Shown: piece after piece, positions 10,727 to 23,755 of the stretch
How positions within the stretch are numbered: position 1 is the first letter of the stretch
Layout of the letters: the number at the start of each line of letters is the position of its first letter
NCBI RefSeq assembly: GCF_048593235.1
Contig: NC_133618.1
Location: forward strand, 389,750,562 to 389,814,561
Reading direction: 5' to 3'
DNA: 64,000 nucleotides
DNA from: Sminthopsis crassicaudata
Lineage: Eukaryota
Notes under the pieces: generated by a model
Seen by the model: only the letters and a program-made list of their open reading frames with translations
What the model was told of the DNA's origin: nothing
Databases searched by the model: none
Program-made: the position numbers and the translations under genes

Positions 10727-13174
10727 ATGGGGCCCCAGGTGCCCCCGCAGCTGGCTTGGAAATGGCAAGTACTGTACATGTTGTCCTTGTCTGGCTGGGG
10801 CTGGGTGTCTGGGCAGCTCCGATACTCGGTGGTGGAGGAGTCTGAGCTGGGGACACTGGTGGGAAATGTGGCTCTGGACCTGGGCTTGAAGATGACAGAA
10901 CTGGAGAGCCGCCGGTTGCGATTGGGCTCCGAGGAAAGCCGTCGGTATTTTGCCCTGAATCTAGCCAGCGGCGCCCTGGTGGTCAACCAGAAGATCGACC
11001 GTGAAAGCCTGTGCGGAGCCACCACCAGTTGCCTGTTGCCAGTGCAGGTGGTTACTGAGCACCCCCTGGAGCTGTTCCGTGTGGAGGTGGAAATCTTAGA
11101 CCTCAATGACAATTCCCCCAGCTTCAGCACCCCAGAGCGAGAGTTGAGAATCTCTGAATCAGCTGCTCCAGGGGCGAGATTTCCTCTGGACAGTGCCCAA
11201 GATCCTGATGTGGGTACGAACACTGTGAGCTCTTATATGCTCAGTCCTAATCTTCATTTTTCCCTGGATGTGAAGACCCTTAAAGACCGGAGGTTATTCC
11301 CTGAACTGGTCCTGGAGCGATCCCTGGACAGAGAGGAGCAATCGAACCACCAGCTGGTGCTCACTGCAGTGGATGGGGGCACTCCGGCCCTTTCGGGCAC
11401 TACTCATGTTTCCATTACTGTGCTGGACATAAATGACAACGCACCGGTCTTCGAGCCCTCTCTGCTTAGGGTGACCCTCCCGGAAAACACGCCCCCGGGT
11501 AAGCTACTTGTCCGCCTCAACGCCACAGATGCTGACTCGGGCCCCAACGGCCAGCTGGAGTATTCTTTTGCGGACCATACATCAGAGGCGGCCCGGGGGC
11601 TCTTCAGCCTGGATTCCCGCAGTGGCGAGATCCTAGTACTGAGCCCCGTGGACTTCGAGGAATCGAGTTTCTATGAGCTCCACGTGCGGGCCCGGGACCA
11701 AGGCCAACCCTCCATGGAGGGCCACAGCGTGGTGCAGATAGAGGTAGAGGATGCCAATGACAATGCCCCCGAGGTACTGCTCACCTCCTTGGTAAACCCA
11801 GTGCCCGAGGATACACCTCTGGGGACTGTGGTGGGACTGTTCAATGTGAGGGACCGAGATTCAGGCGTAAACCGACGGTTGACCCTGGAAATCTCTCCTA
11901 ATCTGCCCTTCCAGATTAAGCCCTTTGAGAACCACTATTCACTGCTGACCAGTGAGAGGCTGGACCGGGAGGCCACTGCTCACTACACCATAGAACTGCT
12001 GGCCCGAGACACCGGCTCTCCTCCGCTACAAACCAGCCTGACTATCCTACTCAACATCTCCGACGTCAACGACAATGCGCCTCGATTTTCACAGCAGTTC
12101 TACAGCGCCTATATTGCGGAGAATCGGCCTCCAGGCTCTCTGCTCTGCACAGTGGCAGCCTCGGACCCCGACGCTGGAGACAACGCCCGCCTCAGCTATT
12201 CCATCGTAGGAAGTCTGATCCAGGGCGCCCCGGCCTCCTCCTTCATCTACATTAACCCCGAGGACGGCCGGATATTTGCCCAGCGTACTTTCGACTATGA
12301 GCTACTACAGGTGCTTCAGATCACTGTCGGGGTTAGGGACGGGGGCTACCCGGCCCTGCGCGCCAATGCCACTCTGCAAGTGTTCGTTCTGGATCAGAAT
12401 GACAACTCGCCCACTGTGCTGCATCCTCGTCCAGGCCGAGAGGCCGCCTCCCCCCAGAGGCTTCGGCGCTCGGCTCCCCCAGGTTCCTTGGTCACCAAGG
12501 TTACGGCAGTGGACGCCGACTCGGGCCACAACGCCTGGCTCTCCTACTCGCTATTGCCTCAGTCGACAACCCCAGGCCTTTTCCAGGTGTCAGCTCACAG
12601 CGGAGAGGTCCGCACAGTCCGAGCCTTGCACGAGGGTGACTCAGATACTCAGTTGGTGGTGGTTCTGGTGAGGGACAACGGCGAGCCCGCGCTTTCCTCC
12701 ACTGCCACCGTGCTTCTGGTCCTGCAGGACGAGGAAGCCGAGGAGCTGCCCCAATCCAGCGACTTCCTCACGCACCCGCAGGAGGGCTCTAATCTTACCC
12801 TGTACCTTATTGTAGCCCTGGGCTCTGTCAGCCTCCTCTCCCTGGTCTCTCTCACCTTTTTGTTAGCTAAGTGCCTGAGGAGGGGCGGGAATGGGGAAAG
12901 CTGCTGTAAGCGCCAAGACTCGCCCTCCAGAGATTTCTATAAGCAATCTAGTCCCAATGTGCAGCTGAGTTCGGATGGCACTCTTAAGTACATGGAGGTA
13001 ACTCTTCGGCCAGCTCATTCACAGAGCCATTGCTACCGGACGTGCTTCTCTCCGGCCTCTGATGGAAGCGACTTCACTTTCCTGAGGCCACTTAGTGTCC
13101 CACAGCCCTCCGCTTTGGCCTTGGAGCCTGACGCCTGCCTGTCTCGCTCCAATACACTGAAGGAGCCGGGCCAG
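10727..13174 (+). CDS. PCDHGC5: Protocadherin gamma C5, variable exon 1 (816 codons)
   Basis: ATG at 10727 (MGPQVPPQLAWKWQVL..GWVSGQLRYSVVEES). Cytoplasmic FYKQSSPN..DGTLKYMEVTLRP..HCYRTCFSPASDGSDFTFLRPLS diagnostic of gamma-C5. Donor CAG|GTGAGC at 13174/13175. Confidence 0.97.
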
Positions 13175-13606
13175 GTGAGCTGCTTCACCCTACTTGCCTT
13201 CGACCCTGAGAAAGCCTGTAAAACTACCTTAACTCGGGGAACCTGTGGAGACGTTCCCTTCCCTCCTCAAGCATTTCTCCCCAGCTCTTTAATTCTGCAT
13301 TCCCACAGAGGGTACAGCCACTCCCAACGATCAGGTAGCCACTTTTGAAGGACTGAGTTAACACTTCTAATGGGAACGAGTGGGTGATGGGGGGGTTAGG
13401 CTAAGGGTAAGAAGAAGGAGGCTGAGAGAATGCTCACTCACCCTATCCCACCTCCGCCCTAACGCCCACATTTTGAGAAAAGGCTGGGTCGGGGCATTGA
13501 AACCCGTTTGGGGATAAGATCTCTTGGCCCTGTTAGGAGGGAACTAGAAGCTTTGGGGGATTATTCGAGCTAAACCTTTCTGACAAACTCAAAGGGTACA
13601 ATTTTC

Positions 13607-13995
13607 CATACACACACACACACACATATATGTACATATATATACATGCATGCATTTGTGTATATGTGTATTTTTGTGCACTTTAACTGTACCATGAATA
13701 CAGTTCCCAGCAGATACACTAACACACCTAACACACATACACAGACACATTAACATAGAGACAGACAAATACATAGAATTCGCACACACAATACAGAACT
13801 TCTCCACGGAGCACAAGGCTATCTCTCTCACAAGACACATTAAATAATCTGTGTGGATTTCTCTGTGTGTGTGTCTGTGTGTGTGTATCTGTCTCTGTCT
13901 CTTTTCCTCTCTTCTCCTTTCCCTCTTCCTTCCTCTACTTCTCCTTTTCTCTCTCCTCTCCCTCTTCTCTCCCACCCTCTCTCTCCCTTTCTCTA
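13607..13995. repeat. Compound (CA)/(TA)/(TG) and CT-rich low-complexity tract
   Basis: Alternating purine-pyrimidine runs followed by a polypyrimidine tract. Confidence 0.85.
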
Positions 13996-16900
13996 TTCAC
14001 CTCTCATATAGACACATTGCCTAATTTTACTGCTACTTCTTGCCATCTCTATTGAGATCAGTGGAGAAGGTAAGAGTTTATAAACAAAAATTTTAAAGTA
14101 GAGCTTTTAACTTGGAGTCCATGGACTCTTAAAGAGGTCTGTGAATAGATTTCAGGGCATTTATGAACTTGTATGGAAAAAAAATTACATTTTTATTTAA
14201 ATATAATTGAATTCCTTTGTAATTCTATGTATTTTATTTATTTAAAAATAGAATTTATAGGTTTGACCAGACTGCTAAAGTGGTCTAGGATACAAAAGAA
14301 AGGTTAAGAATTTTTAATCTAAAACCTTTTCAGGAAGTCTGAAAGACATAAGTCTGAAGGAGTCCCCAAAGATACAGCTGTTTGTTTCCCCAGTGACTTG
14401 GGACTCAGAGATTTCATGCCTAATCAAATGAGCCAAGGTCTCCTACAAGGCAAAATCAGAACAGGGCTTGAACAAAAAGCAAGGAAGTTTCAGAGTAATT
14501 TCTAAAAGAGAATGGTGGAGTCCTAATGCTAATGCAGATGTGACAATTTGAAAGCAGTATTACCCTGCAAAGAGAAGGTCATGATGGGAGAAGCATCAGT
14601 ACTATTATTCAATATTCAGGATATTGGGTGAGTTGGGCTAAGGAGCCTCAGAATTCCAGATCTGAGCTTTAGGGTACTCTCATCTCTCATAGCAATTTGA
14701 AATCAATGAATGATAGACATTTGCTCTGTCTTTGTCAGGGTCACACACATTCACAAAGCTGGCTATGACTAGGTAGACATCTGGGTGAAGCAGAAACTTG
14801 TGGGACCTCACATTTAGGTAGAACTGGGTAAGGGGGAACAGGGGATAGTTGTAGGTCTCCTTAGGCAGCTCTTTCTTCTGAAGAGGAAAGCTTCAGATGG
14901 GAATGCTTATTTGATCTTTTGATGTTTGTCTGATGTTTGATACCTCTGATAATATATTTTTACTTGTGATGAAGCATATGTGATCCATAGAATCATAAGA
15001 TTCAGAACTGGAAGGGATATTAAAGATCCTAGAGCACAGTCCTCTTGTTTTACAGATAAAGAAATTGAGACCCAAAAAGGAAAAATTAATTGTCCAAGGT
15101 CACACAGATAGTGACAGAGAGAAGCCTGAGTTTCCTGATTCTCTAGTCTTGAAGCAGAATCTACATCATCTTTAGTCTGAGGGATTTGCCAACCCCCTAT
15201 CATCATTATCACAAGCCTCAGAAAGGTGATGGAGCTCTCATCCTAAAATGGGGGGATTCCTTTTGGCCTTAGGCTTAGAATTCCATAATTCTTAGCTCAG
15301 CTACCAACTCTTCTCAGTTGTTTATACTGAATTCAAGAAGAATCACTTCTCAGTTCTGGCTTTCCTTTTTTCTGGAGAAATTAAAGATGATCTGTCTCTT
15401 GTCTCTATCTCTTTCTTTCTCTATCTTTCTCTCTGTCTGTCTTTCTCTTTCTGTCTTTCACTCTCTGCCTCTATCTCTCTCTTTTCACACACACACACAC
15501 ACACACACACCCCTTCCCTCACTCACTTCTCCTGGGAGCAATCAGGAAAATCAATTACTATTTCCAGAGGCCATAGGGTGAGGAGGAAGTAACTAGAAGG
15601 TTCTAAAAGTGTCTAAAGAAGAGCAGTTTTATGAAGCAGTGTGGTATTTGGCATCAGAAGACTTGGGATAAAATCCAAGCTCTAACACATTCTAGTTACA
15701 TCCTCTAGGGCAAGATACTTAACTCCTCTGAGTTTGTTTTCTCATCTGTATATTCTCTAATCTCTGGATTGTATTGATTCAGGTGTTCCCTCCAATAGTA
15801 GTACAGCTGGAAACCTGTTCATACTTTCTCCTATATAAGTCATGTCTCTCTTCTCCTATACAATAACTTTCCATATGTTCATTCAATATACTCAGAATCT
15901 TTATGGGATCAGGGGTAATCTATGGTCTTCTCCTGGCAAGGGATCCATGGATAGATGTCAAGAAGCCATGATCTTGGATAAGAAAAAGTACATTTTTATT
16001 TTTATTGTCTTCTGATTAGAATTTAATTTTTAATGATGAAAAAAGTATTCTGTGAAGGGAATCCATAGCACTCCCCAGACTGCTAATGAGGTCTAGGACC
16101 TACACACACAGAAAAGTTAGGGACTTGTGCTCCAAATCTCTTGGCATGTTAGTGTTGCACATTTGCTAATCTTTATCTTTCTTTTCAACTGCCCATTGCC
16201 TTTCCTAACTCTCTCTGCAGAACTGAGATAATACCTGTACTGTCTATATAGAGTTGTCAGAATCAGATGAGAAAATGTAAATGAAGTGCTTTATAAATTT
16301 TAAATTGCTATTATAAGTTGAAGTTATTATGGTAATGACATATTCCTTGCAAGTTTTCTTCATAATGAGGTAAGGGGTGAGACAAGACCATAGAAATCAA
16401 AGAGATGGATAATAACTCAGTCTCCCATTCCTTTTGCTATGGATCCCCTGAGTCCTGTAGCTATAAATAGCAACCATCATGAATATGGGGTTGAGAGGAA
16501 AGTGGAAGAGGGAAGGGGGTGGCTTGAATTATGAAAAAGTTGATTTCCTGGAGGTCTTAGTCTCATTGGCCCACACCAAATCCGGACAGAGCATCCTTGT
16601 TTTCTCTGTATCCATTGTAGCAAAGTGGCCATTGTCCAGCAGGATAGAATATGTGGGTAGGAGGTCCTCTTGGCCCCTGGGATGTCTTTACAAAGCTGAA
16701 TATCTGGCTCATCTCCTAAATTAACAATTTACTTGGCTATGGGAGGAAAATGCATCTGAATAGGCCAGAACCTGGTGTCTAAAAGTGTGAAAAGGAGAAG
16801 ATGTTGAAGTATTAATGCTGAGCTATTCAATTAAGGTCTCCTTTGCTTTACTCTGCATGCAGTGCCCTCCATTTCCTTCCACAGAAAAAGCAGGATCCTC

Positions 16901-17291
16901 TGACTTACTGTTCTCTGAACAAAATAACATTCTCAACCCTTTCTTTGTGGCTCTGTTTTTATGGTTTGTCTGATACAGAAACAGAAACTTGGGAGAAAAA
17001 AGAGTTCGATATATCTTGTCCCTTTCACCTTTAGTTTCAGCATCTCTGTATTTATTTCTCTTTGAGAACAATGATTTTTCTAATTCCCAAACCATCTGTC
17101 CCTCCCTCCCCAGTTTTCCCAGTTTCTCTGATTTCCTCTTTCTCCTCTTCCTTCCTTAGGGGCCCATTCTTTTCCATCTTCCCTGTACTTGCTTCCTGTA
17201 GCACCTCTCTTTCACTGCCATGTGCCTGAGATTGGCCGATGAATCTCTTCAGCCTCACTCAAACTTGTCTCTTTTTCTGTTTCCTCTGCAG

Positions 17292-17350
17292 CAAGCCCCG
17301 CCCAACACGGACTGGCGTTTCTCTCAGGCCCAGAGACCAGGCACCAGTGG
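17292..17350 (+). CDS. PCDHG: Pcdh-gamma constant exon 1 (59 bp; [20 protein letters not shown])
   Basis: Acceptor ttcctctgcag|, donor TGG|GTAGGT. Peptide matches the mammalian gamma constant domain. Confidence 0.98.
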
Positions 17351-19326
17351 GTAGGTGATTTTACCATGTTAATTTCCTTTGAAAATTTTCCCCGAATTGG
17401 GAGAAGGGTGAAGCCTGAGGTTTGGGACAAAATACAAACATTTCTCCCCCATTTCCCTGGCCACACCCACCATTGGTTTCAGGAGTGGTTGGGACAATTA
17501 GCTCCTGAATCCAGAGGGAAGGGAAGCCTGCCTAGATACTTTTAGCATATATATATATATATATAATTCTCCTCTCCGATTCCTCAGAATGTACTTCGGG
17601 GAGCCTGTGGATTTCATTAGTAAATTCCCAGGATGGTTTTTAAATGGAATTTGAGCGGCCTTATCCCTGCCCCCCCCAACTCAATCCCCAGATAATGAAA
17701 ACAGTCTGTCAATATAAGAGCTGATCCAGAGGGGCTTCTTTTATCTTGGTCACTTTTCTATTCATCACCCTTTTCCCTAAACCCATGTTGTTGTCAAATG
17801 TGTGGGGGGGAGAGAGAGAGAGATCCCTGCTTGACTCTAATCTCTGTGGAGGGATCCAGAGCATATCTACTCTTTGGGAAAAAAAGATGGAGAGTCATTC
17901 TATTCCCCTTGTCTGATTCTAAGATTTTGGCATGATATCAACTCCCATTTTGACCCTCGATTTCAGGCAGAGCTCAGAAAAACAGCAGACAGCAGCAATA
18001 GGCAGCTGGTTTCTCCCAGAAACACAGAGCAGTGGAGGAGGGGTGGGAGGATGGGCAGTGGTGAGGAGGAGACACTGCAGAGATGGGAAGGAAAAGCTCT
18101 GCAAAGGGCAATGGGAAATTGCCCTTTGAAGGGAGAAATGGAGCATTAATGCTTAGATGTCCTCAATTATCATCTGTCTTTCCATTTTCTTTGTTTATTT
18201 TTGTTTCTGTGCCTTGATCTATTTCTGTTTCCCTGTTTATTTCTTAATATCTGTTGATTTATATAGTGTCCTTTTTCAATGGCTCTGTTTCCCACTAGAC
18301 TTCCCATCCTCCTCCATCTCTCTATATGTCAGTCTTTGCCTGTCTCCTGTGTATTAGAACATACACATTCTCATATATAGGATTGCTTCTCCTTGTCCCT
18401 CACATTCTGATCACTTCTCTAACCTTTACCCCATTGATAAAAGTAGATACATTGAACTGGAATCAGTCTATTTGGAGCAATGTGTGTGTGTGTATGTGTG
18501 GTGAAGGGAATTTTCTTCCCACTAAATCCAGATTTTCTAATCTTGTGGACTGCTTCAGGGGCCCCTGGTAAAAGTTTATGAGAGATTGTGGGGGTGGGGA
18601 TGAAGAAGATGCAGTAAGAGAGAAAGCCATAGGGGAAAAGAATTAGCATGTTCACTGAAACTCAGAGTAGGGAAGCAGTTTTGGATATAATAGAATCCCA
18701 CCCAAGCTCTTGTGACACAATGAGAAGTGTTGAATTTGGAATCAGTGGTAGAGATTTCAAATATCTTGCTCTACATAATCTCAGGCAAGTCTTAATTTCT
18801 CTGGGATTCATCTACCTATTCCTCATATCCCTGCCTTTATAGGCCCCCTGGAGCAAGTCTAAGGCTGATCCTTTTCTCTTTTGGCAATTTTGTCTCCCAT
18901 CCCTGCAATAGTATATACAACTTCCAACAATAGTCACTGATGCTTCCTGGACATTGGAAACCCAAAGCATTTTGTTGAAAGAGATAACAATAGCAGCAAC
19001 AACAACAAACATAATATGCCTCTGTCTGAGCTAACTTCATTTTTATACTACCTTAGATGAAAGTCTCAGATTCTAGGGAAATGCACTATGGACAGTGCAC
19101 TATGGACTTATATTTAAGAGTCCCATTATTGGGAGACAAGGGGAAAGGATCCCTTTTGTAGTTGCTAGATTGAAGGTTCTGAACTGAGATTATAAACTTT
19201 TTTTTTTAATATTCTGAAAGCTGCATTTCAATATAATTGGTTTCCTTTGCAATCCTATGTATTTTACATTGTTTACTGAAAAAGGTAGCTCTTGAGCAGG
19301 GATCCAGACTTTAAAAAAAAAAAGGG

Positions 19327-19486
19327 GGGGCAGCTAGGTGGCGCAGTGGATAGAGCACCAGCCTTGAATTCAGGAGGACCAGAGTTCAAATCTGGTCTCA
19401 GACACTTAACATTTCCTAGCTGTGTGACCCTGGGCAAGTCACTTAACCCCAGCCTCAGGGAAAAAAAATAAATTAAAAAAAAAAAA
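19327..19486 (+). mobile_element. Young marsupial tRNA-derived SINE (WSINE1/SINE1-type) with A tail
   Basis: GGGGCAGCTAGGTGGCGCAGTGGATAGAGCACCAGCCTTGAATTCAGGAGGACC...GACCCTGGGCAAGTCACTTAACCCC plus poly(A). Confidence 0.85.
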
Positions 19487-20236
19487 GATTAAGAACTCTT
19501 GCTCTAGATCAGGGCTTCTTAATCTTTTTTCACTCATGAACCCTTTTTGTCAGGTATGAAGGTATAAAATATATACGCAAACCAAATGTTTACTGATAAT
19601 AAATCATAAGTTTTTGACCCCACATTCAGTTATAAAATGCCATATGGGGTTGTGACTCACAATTTAAGAAGTTTTTCATTTAGAAGATCAAGAGTTTTCT
19701 CAGCTCCTATACCTAGGGATTTTAAAAAAGGAAAAGGATGTTGGAGGGAGATTTCTTCCCATAAAAAGCTTCATCCTGGGTTCTTTCCCAATTTCCCAAG
19801 TTATTTCTACTCCCTTTTTTTTTTTTTTTTTTTTTTTTAGCATAGCTAGTTTTTGTGTAAACAATGAAATTTTTCCTAGAGTAGAAGGCAATTTAGGTTA
19901 TCAACTGTATAGAGATAGGGACTAGACTTGTGACTTTATTTTTATGGGAAATGCCCTCTATCCATGCAGGTTGGCATCTTCTCTGCAATTTATAGTCTAA
20001 GAAAATTGTCTCAGATGTTAAATGACTTATCTAGAGTCACACGGTCAGTATATGTCAGAGTTAGGACATAAATCCAGGTCCATTACACCATTACACTCAA
20101 GGCCTATCAGTAGCAAAGATGCTTCCAGCTATAAACAACCGAAAGCAACAGTACAGTTTTACACTGTTCAGCTAGCTGAGTTCAGGTTTAATGCATTCAT
20201 TGCTATGATTGGCACTACAAGTGACTTCTCAGGTTT

Positions 20237-20933
20237 TTTTTTTAATACTTCATTTTTAAAAATTAATTTTATAATTATAACATTTTTTGACAGTACATAT
20301 GCATGGGTAATTTTTTACAACATTATCCCTTGCACTCACTTCTGTTCCGAATTTTTCCCCTCCTTCCCTCCACCCCCTCCCCTAGATGGCAGGAAGTCCC
20401 ATACATGTTAAATGTGTTATAGTATATCCTAGATACAATATATGTGTGTAGAACCGAATTTCTTGTTGCACAGGAAGAATTGGATTCAGAAGGTAAAAAT
20501 AACCTGAGAAGAAAAACAAAAATGCAAACAGTTGACATTCATTTCCCAGTGTTCCTTCTGTGGGTGTTGCTGATTCTGTCCATCATTGATCAATTGGAAC
20601 TGAATTAGATCTTCTCTTTGTTGATCCATTTGTTTGATTCCATCAGAATACATCCTCATACAGTATTGTTGAAGTGTATAATGACCTTCTGGTTCTGCTC
20701 ATTTCACTCAGTATCAGTTGATATAAGTCTCTCCAAGCCTCTCTGTATTCCTCCTGCTGGTCATTTCTTACAGAGCAATAATATTCCATAACCTTCATAT
20801 ACCACAATTTGCCCAGCCATTCTCCAATTGATGGGCATCCATTCATCTTCCAGTTTCTAGCCACTATGAAAAGGGCTGCCACAAACATTTTGGCACATGC
20901 AGGCCCCTTTCACTTCTTTAGTATTTCTTTGGG
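20237..20933 (-). mobile_element. 5'-truncated LINE-1 (ORF2 C-terminus plus 3'UTR) with target-site duplication
   Basis: Minus ORF MFVAALFIVARNWK...CPSIGEWLGKLWYM...EYY is the L1 ORF2 end. Flanked by gacttct(c/a)aggttt at 20223 and 20934. Confidence 0.92.
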
Positions 20934-21132
20934 GACTTCTAAGGTTTAAGATGATTCAGCAGATCTGTCTGGATTGTCTATTATTTCTAGTTTGGCTCCT
21001 AATAATCTACCCCATTATTTCTGCTTAAAACTAGCTAGTAGTTTTCACTTATACATTGGAGAATCCATTTTTCTTTTTGGCCTCTGGAGTACTATTCTGC
21101 CTTCTTTATTTCATATATGTATATATATATGT

Positions 21133-21175
<43 letters not shown>

Positions 21176-23186
21176 GATTGTGAACAAATCCCTTCCATTC
21201 ATTGGGACTCAATTTCCCCATCTATGAAATGAAAAGGGGTAGAATATGTAATTCTAAGTTCTTTCAGCTGATATACTAAGATTCCCAGTTCTGCTATTCC
21301 CCATTCCCTAGATTTAGAAGATCTTTGTCCCTTAATTCCAATTCATCTTCTTGATCACCCTCACTTCTAAAAGCCCTAGTGGGCTTTGACCTAGTGGGAA
21401 TCACCACACTGCTCTACAGCTAAGCCTCTACTCTACACTATAAGAATGATTAAGACTGATTTCCTTTATGGCTTAAACAATATTTAGATTTTTTTCTCTC
21501 TTCTTTTTGATGAACTTAGCTTATGGTTCAATTTTTGGGAAAAAAAACTGCAACTGAAGTTATGTATGTTGGTTTTTTTTTGTTTTTTTTTTTTTTTCAG
21601 TTTTGCTTCTCTCTTCTTATGTTTCCCTAAGGTATATAGATTTAGAGATGAAGGAGAACTTAGAGTTCATTTAGTTCAATCTTCTCATTTTGCAGACAAG
21701 TTAAGTGAATTGCCCAGATCACACAATGAATAAACAATAGAGCAGGTATTCAAATACAGATCCTTTGATTCAAAGCCCATCCTTCCTCTATACCAAAGTA
21801 AATTCCATAGACTTCATAAAAAGGCTTATCCTGGGTCCTTTCCCAGTTTCCCAAGTTACTTTTACTCCCTTTTCTTCTTCTTCTTCTTTTTTTTTAAGCA
21901 TATCTAGTTTTGTGCAAACAATGAAACTTTTCCTACAGTAGAAGGCAATTTAGGTTACCAACTATGTATAGGTGACCAACAACCTATATATAGGTTACCA
22001 AAACTAGACTTGTGACTTTATTTTTATAGGAAATGCCCTCTATCCATGCAGGTTGGCATCTATATTTACATTTTAGCTTAAAATTCCATATATATATATA
22101 TAGCCTCTGACCTGGGGTGTCTACCCTGAGTAAAAAATTCCCTCTTGTGGAGAGGATTTTTTTCATTAAACTATGCTTAAACCTTAGCTCCATGCTAACC
22201 AAGCTCTCCCACTGTCCAGCCCAAAAGCTTAGAAGCACATCTGCCCCTGAAGTTGTTCTCAGACCTCCAGCTTCAAGGGAAATAATCACTTCCTTCCCCC
22301 TTTCCCCAACATCTCACAGACCTGGTACTAAATTGGGTTAAATGACCCATAACAGGACCCCTCCTTCCCAAATTCCAAAGCTTCCTCCTTTCCCCATCCT
22401 CAGGCCTTCAGTCTAAGGAACTGGCTGGCTGCCTGGCTCCCTGGCTGCCTGCCTGTAACCACTTCCTTTGAAACCTTGTGGCATACCCAGCCCTAGCATC
22501 CTGCCCAATTCTCCCTTGTCCTCCTTCCTTTACCTCACAGCTGTTATCCCCCACATCACTGCCCTATCTCTATGCTCCACCCTCAATGGACTATTCTTAT
22601 GCTACTCCCCCCTCCCCCAGATGCCCCTGTCACTCTCATTAGTCACAGTCAGCCCTGCCTGAGGCTTAGCTTTCTGGATCTATCGATACTCTCCACTCTG
22701 ATATAGCAGGGGCTGTTAAGGGAAACTCATGCTGGGAACAGGGACTTCTAGGGTCAAATGCAGCTGGGTATGAAGTGGGTTGTAGAAATTCAGTCATGTG
22801 GCCATAAAGGGAGTGTGCCCACCTCCAGGGAGGAAAGAGAGATTTCTAAAGCCCTGAGTCCTAGGTAAGAGGTCAGAGAAATCCAAATTCTCTGCTTTTT
22901 CACCCCTGTCATGTTGTTTTCTTTTAATATCAGTTGGCAAAGTGTGTGTGTGTGTGTGTGTTCGTGAAGGCTCTGTTCAGAGTTCTGTTCACTGGTTGGG
23001 TTGGCCATTAGCAGTACCAGCCTTCATCAAAATGATGGAATGTCAGGAAATATAAGGACCAGAAGAGAGCTTAGAGACCATCTGATACAGCAACCTTATT
23101 TTATAGATAATTACACATATATGTATATACACATACACACATAAAATGAGGCTAAGAGATGGAGAAGCAGCTTACTTGATATTATT

Positions 23187-23643
23187 AAATGATTTAATAT
23201 TTGTAAAAAGCACTTGGCACAATAGTTGGCACATGGTAGACACTATTCAAATTTATTTTTCTTTTCTCATCTCTTCCCTCAAAGTCACTAGCTTGTGGCA
23301 TCTGTAGACTGGTCTCCTGTTACTAAAGGACATGAGGCTCTTGCCTTGCAGTTCAGTCTTCCTTCTTATATCTGAAAATTGTTATCTAAATTTAATCACG
23401 GAATGGGTGAAGCCTCAGTCAAATTGAGGCCTGCAAAAGACCTTAGCTCAGAAAGACCAAGGTCTCCCACTGCATCTAGGGCCATCTCCAGTCCTGATCT
23501 ATATTTTGCTACTGGACCTGGTTGGCTCTGGTGCATAAAGTGAGGCAGGTGACCTTGCACAGTCCTCCCTGATTTAAATCCCTTTCATTTGCATGTCATG
23601 GCATCACCTCCCTGATCTCTTTGAGAAGGAAAGACAAACAACA
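23187..23643 (-). repeat. Left arm of ~460 bp inverted repeat (WALLSI-like/RTE-related SINE)
   Basis: Reverse complement of 23756-24229 at roughly 75-85% identity by eye. Confidence 0.8.
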
Positions 23644-23755
23644 TCTGCAGGTGCTCAGTTGAGATGCTGTTAGAATGAAATAGGTGAAATTTGGATTTCC
23701 TTTTTTTTTTTTTTTGTTATTTTTCTGTCAAAAAAGTAATCTTGAGAATTCCCTA

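Noticed and set aside
798-12855. Many overlapping ORFs inside the variable exons
   Set aside because: Shadow frames of GC-rich cadherin coding sequence.
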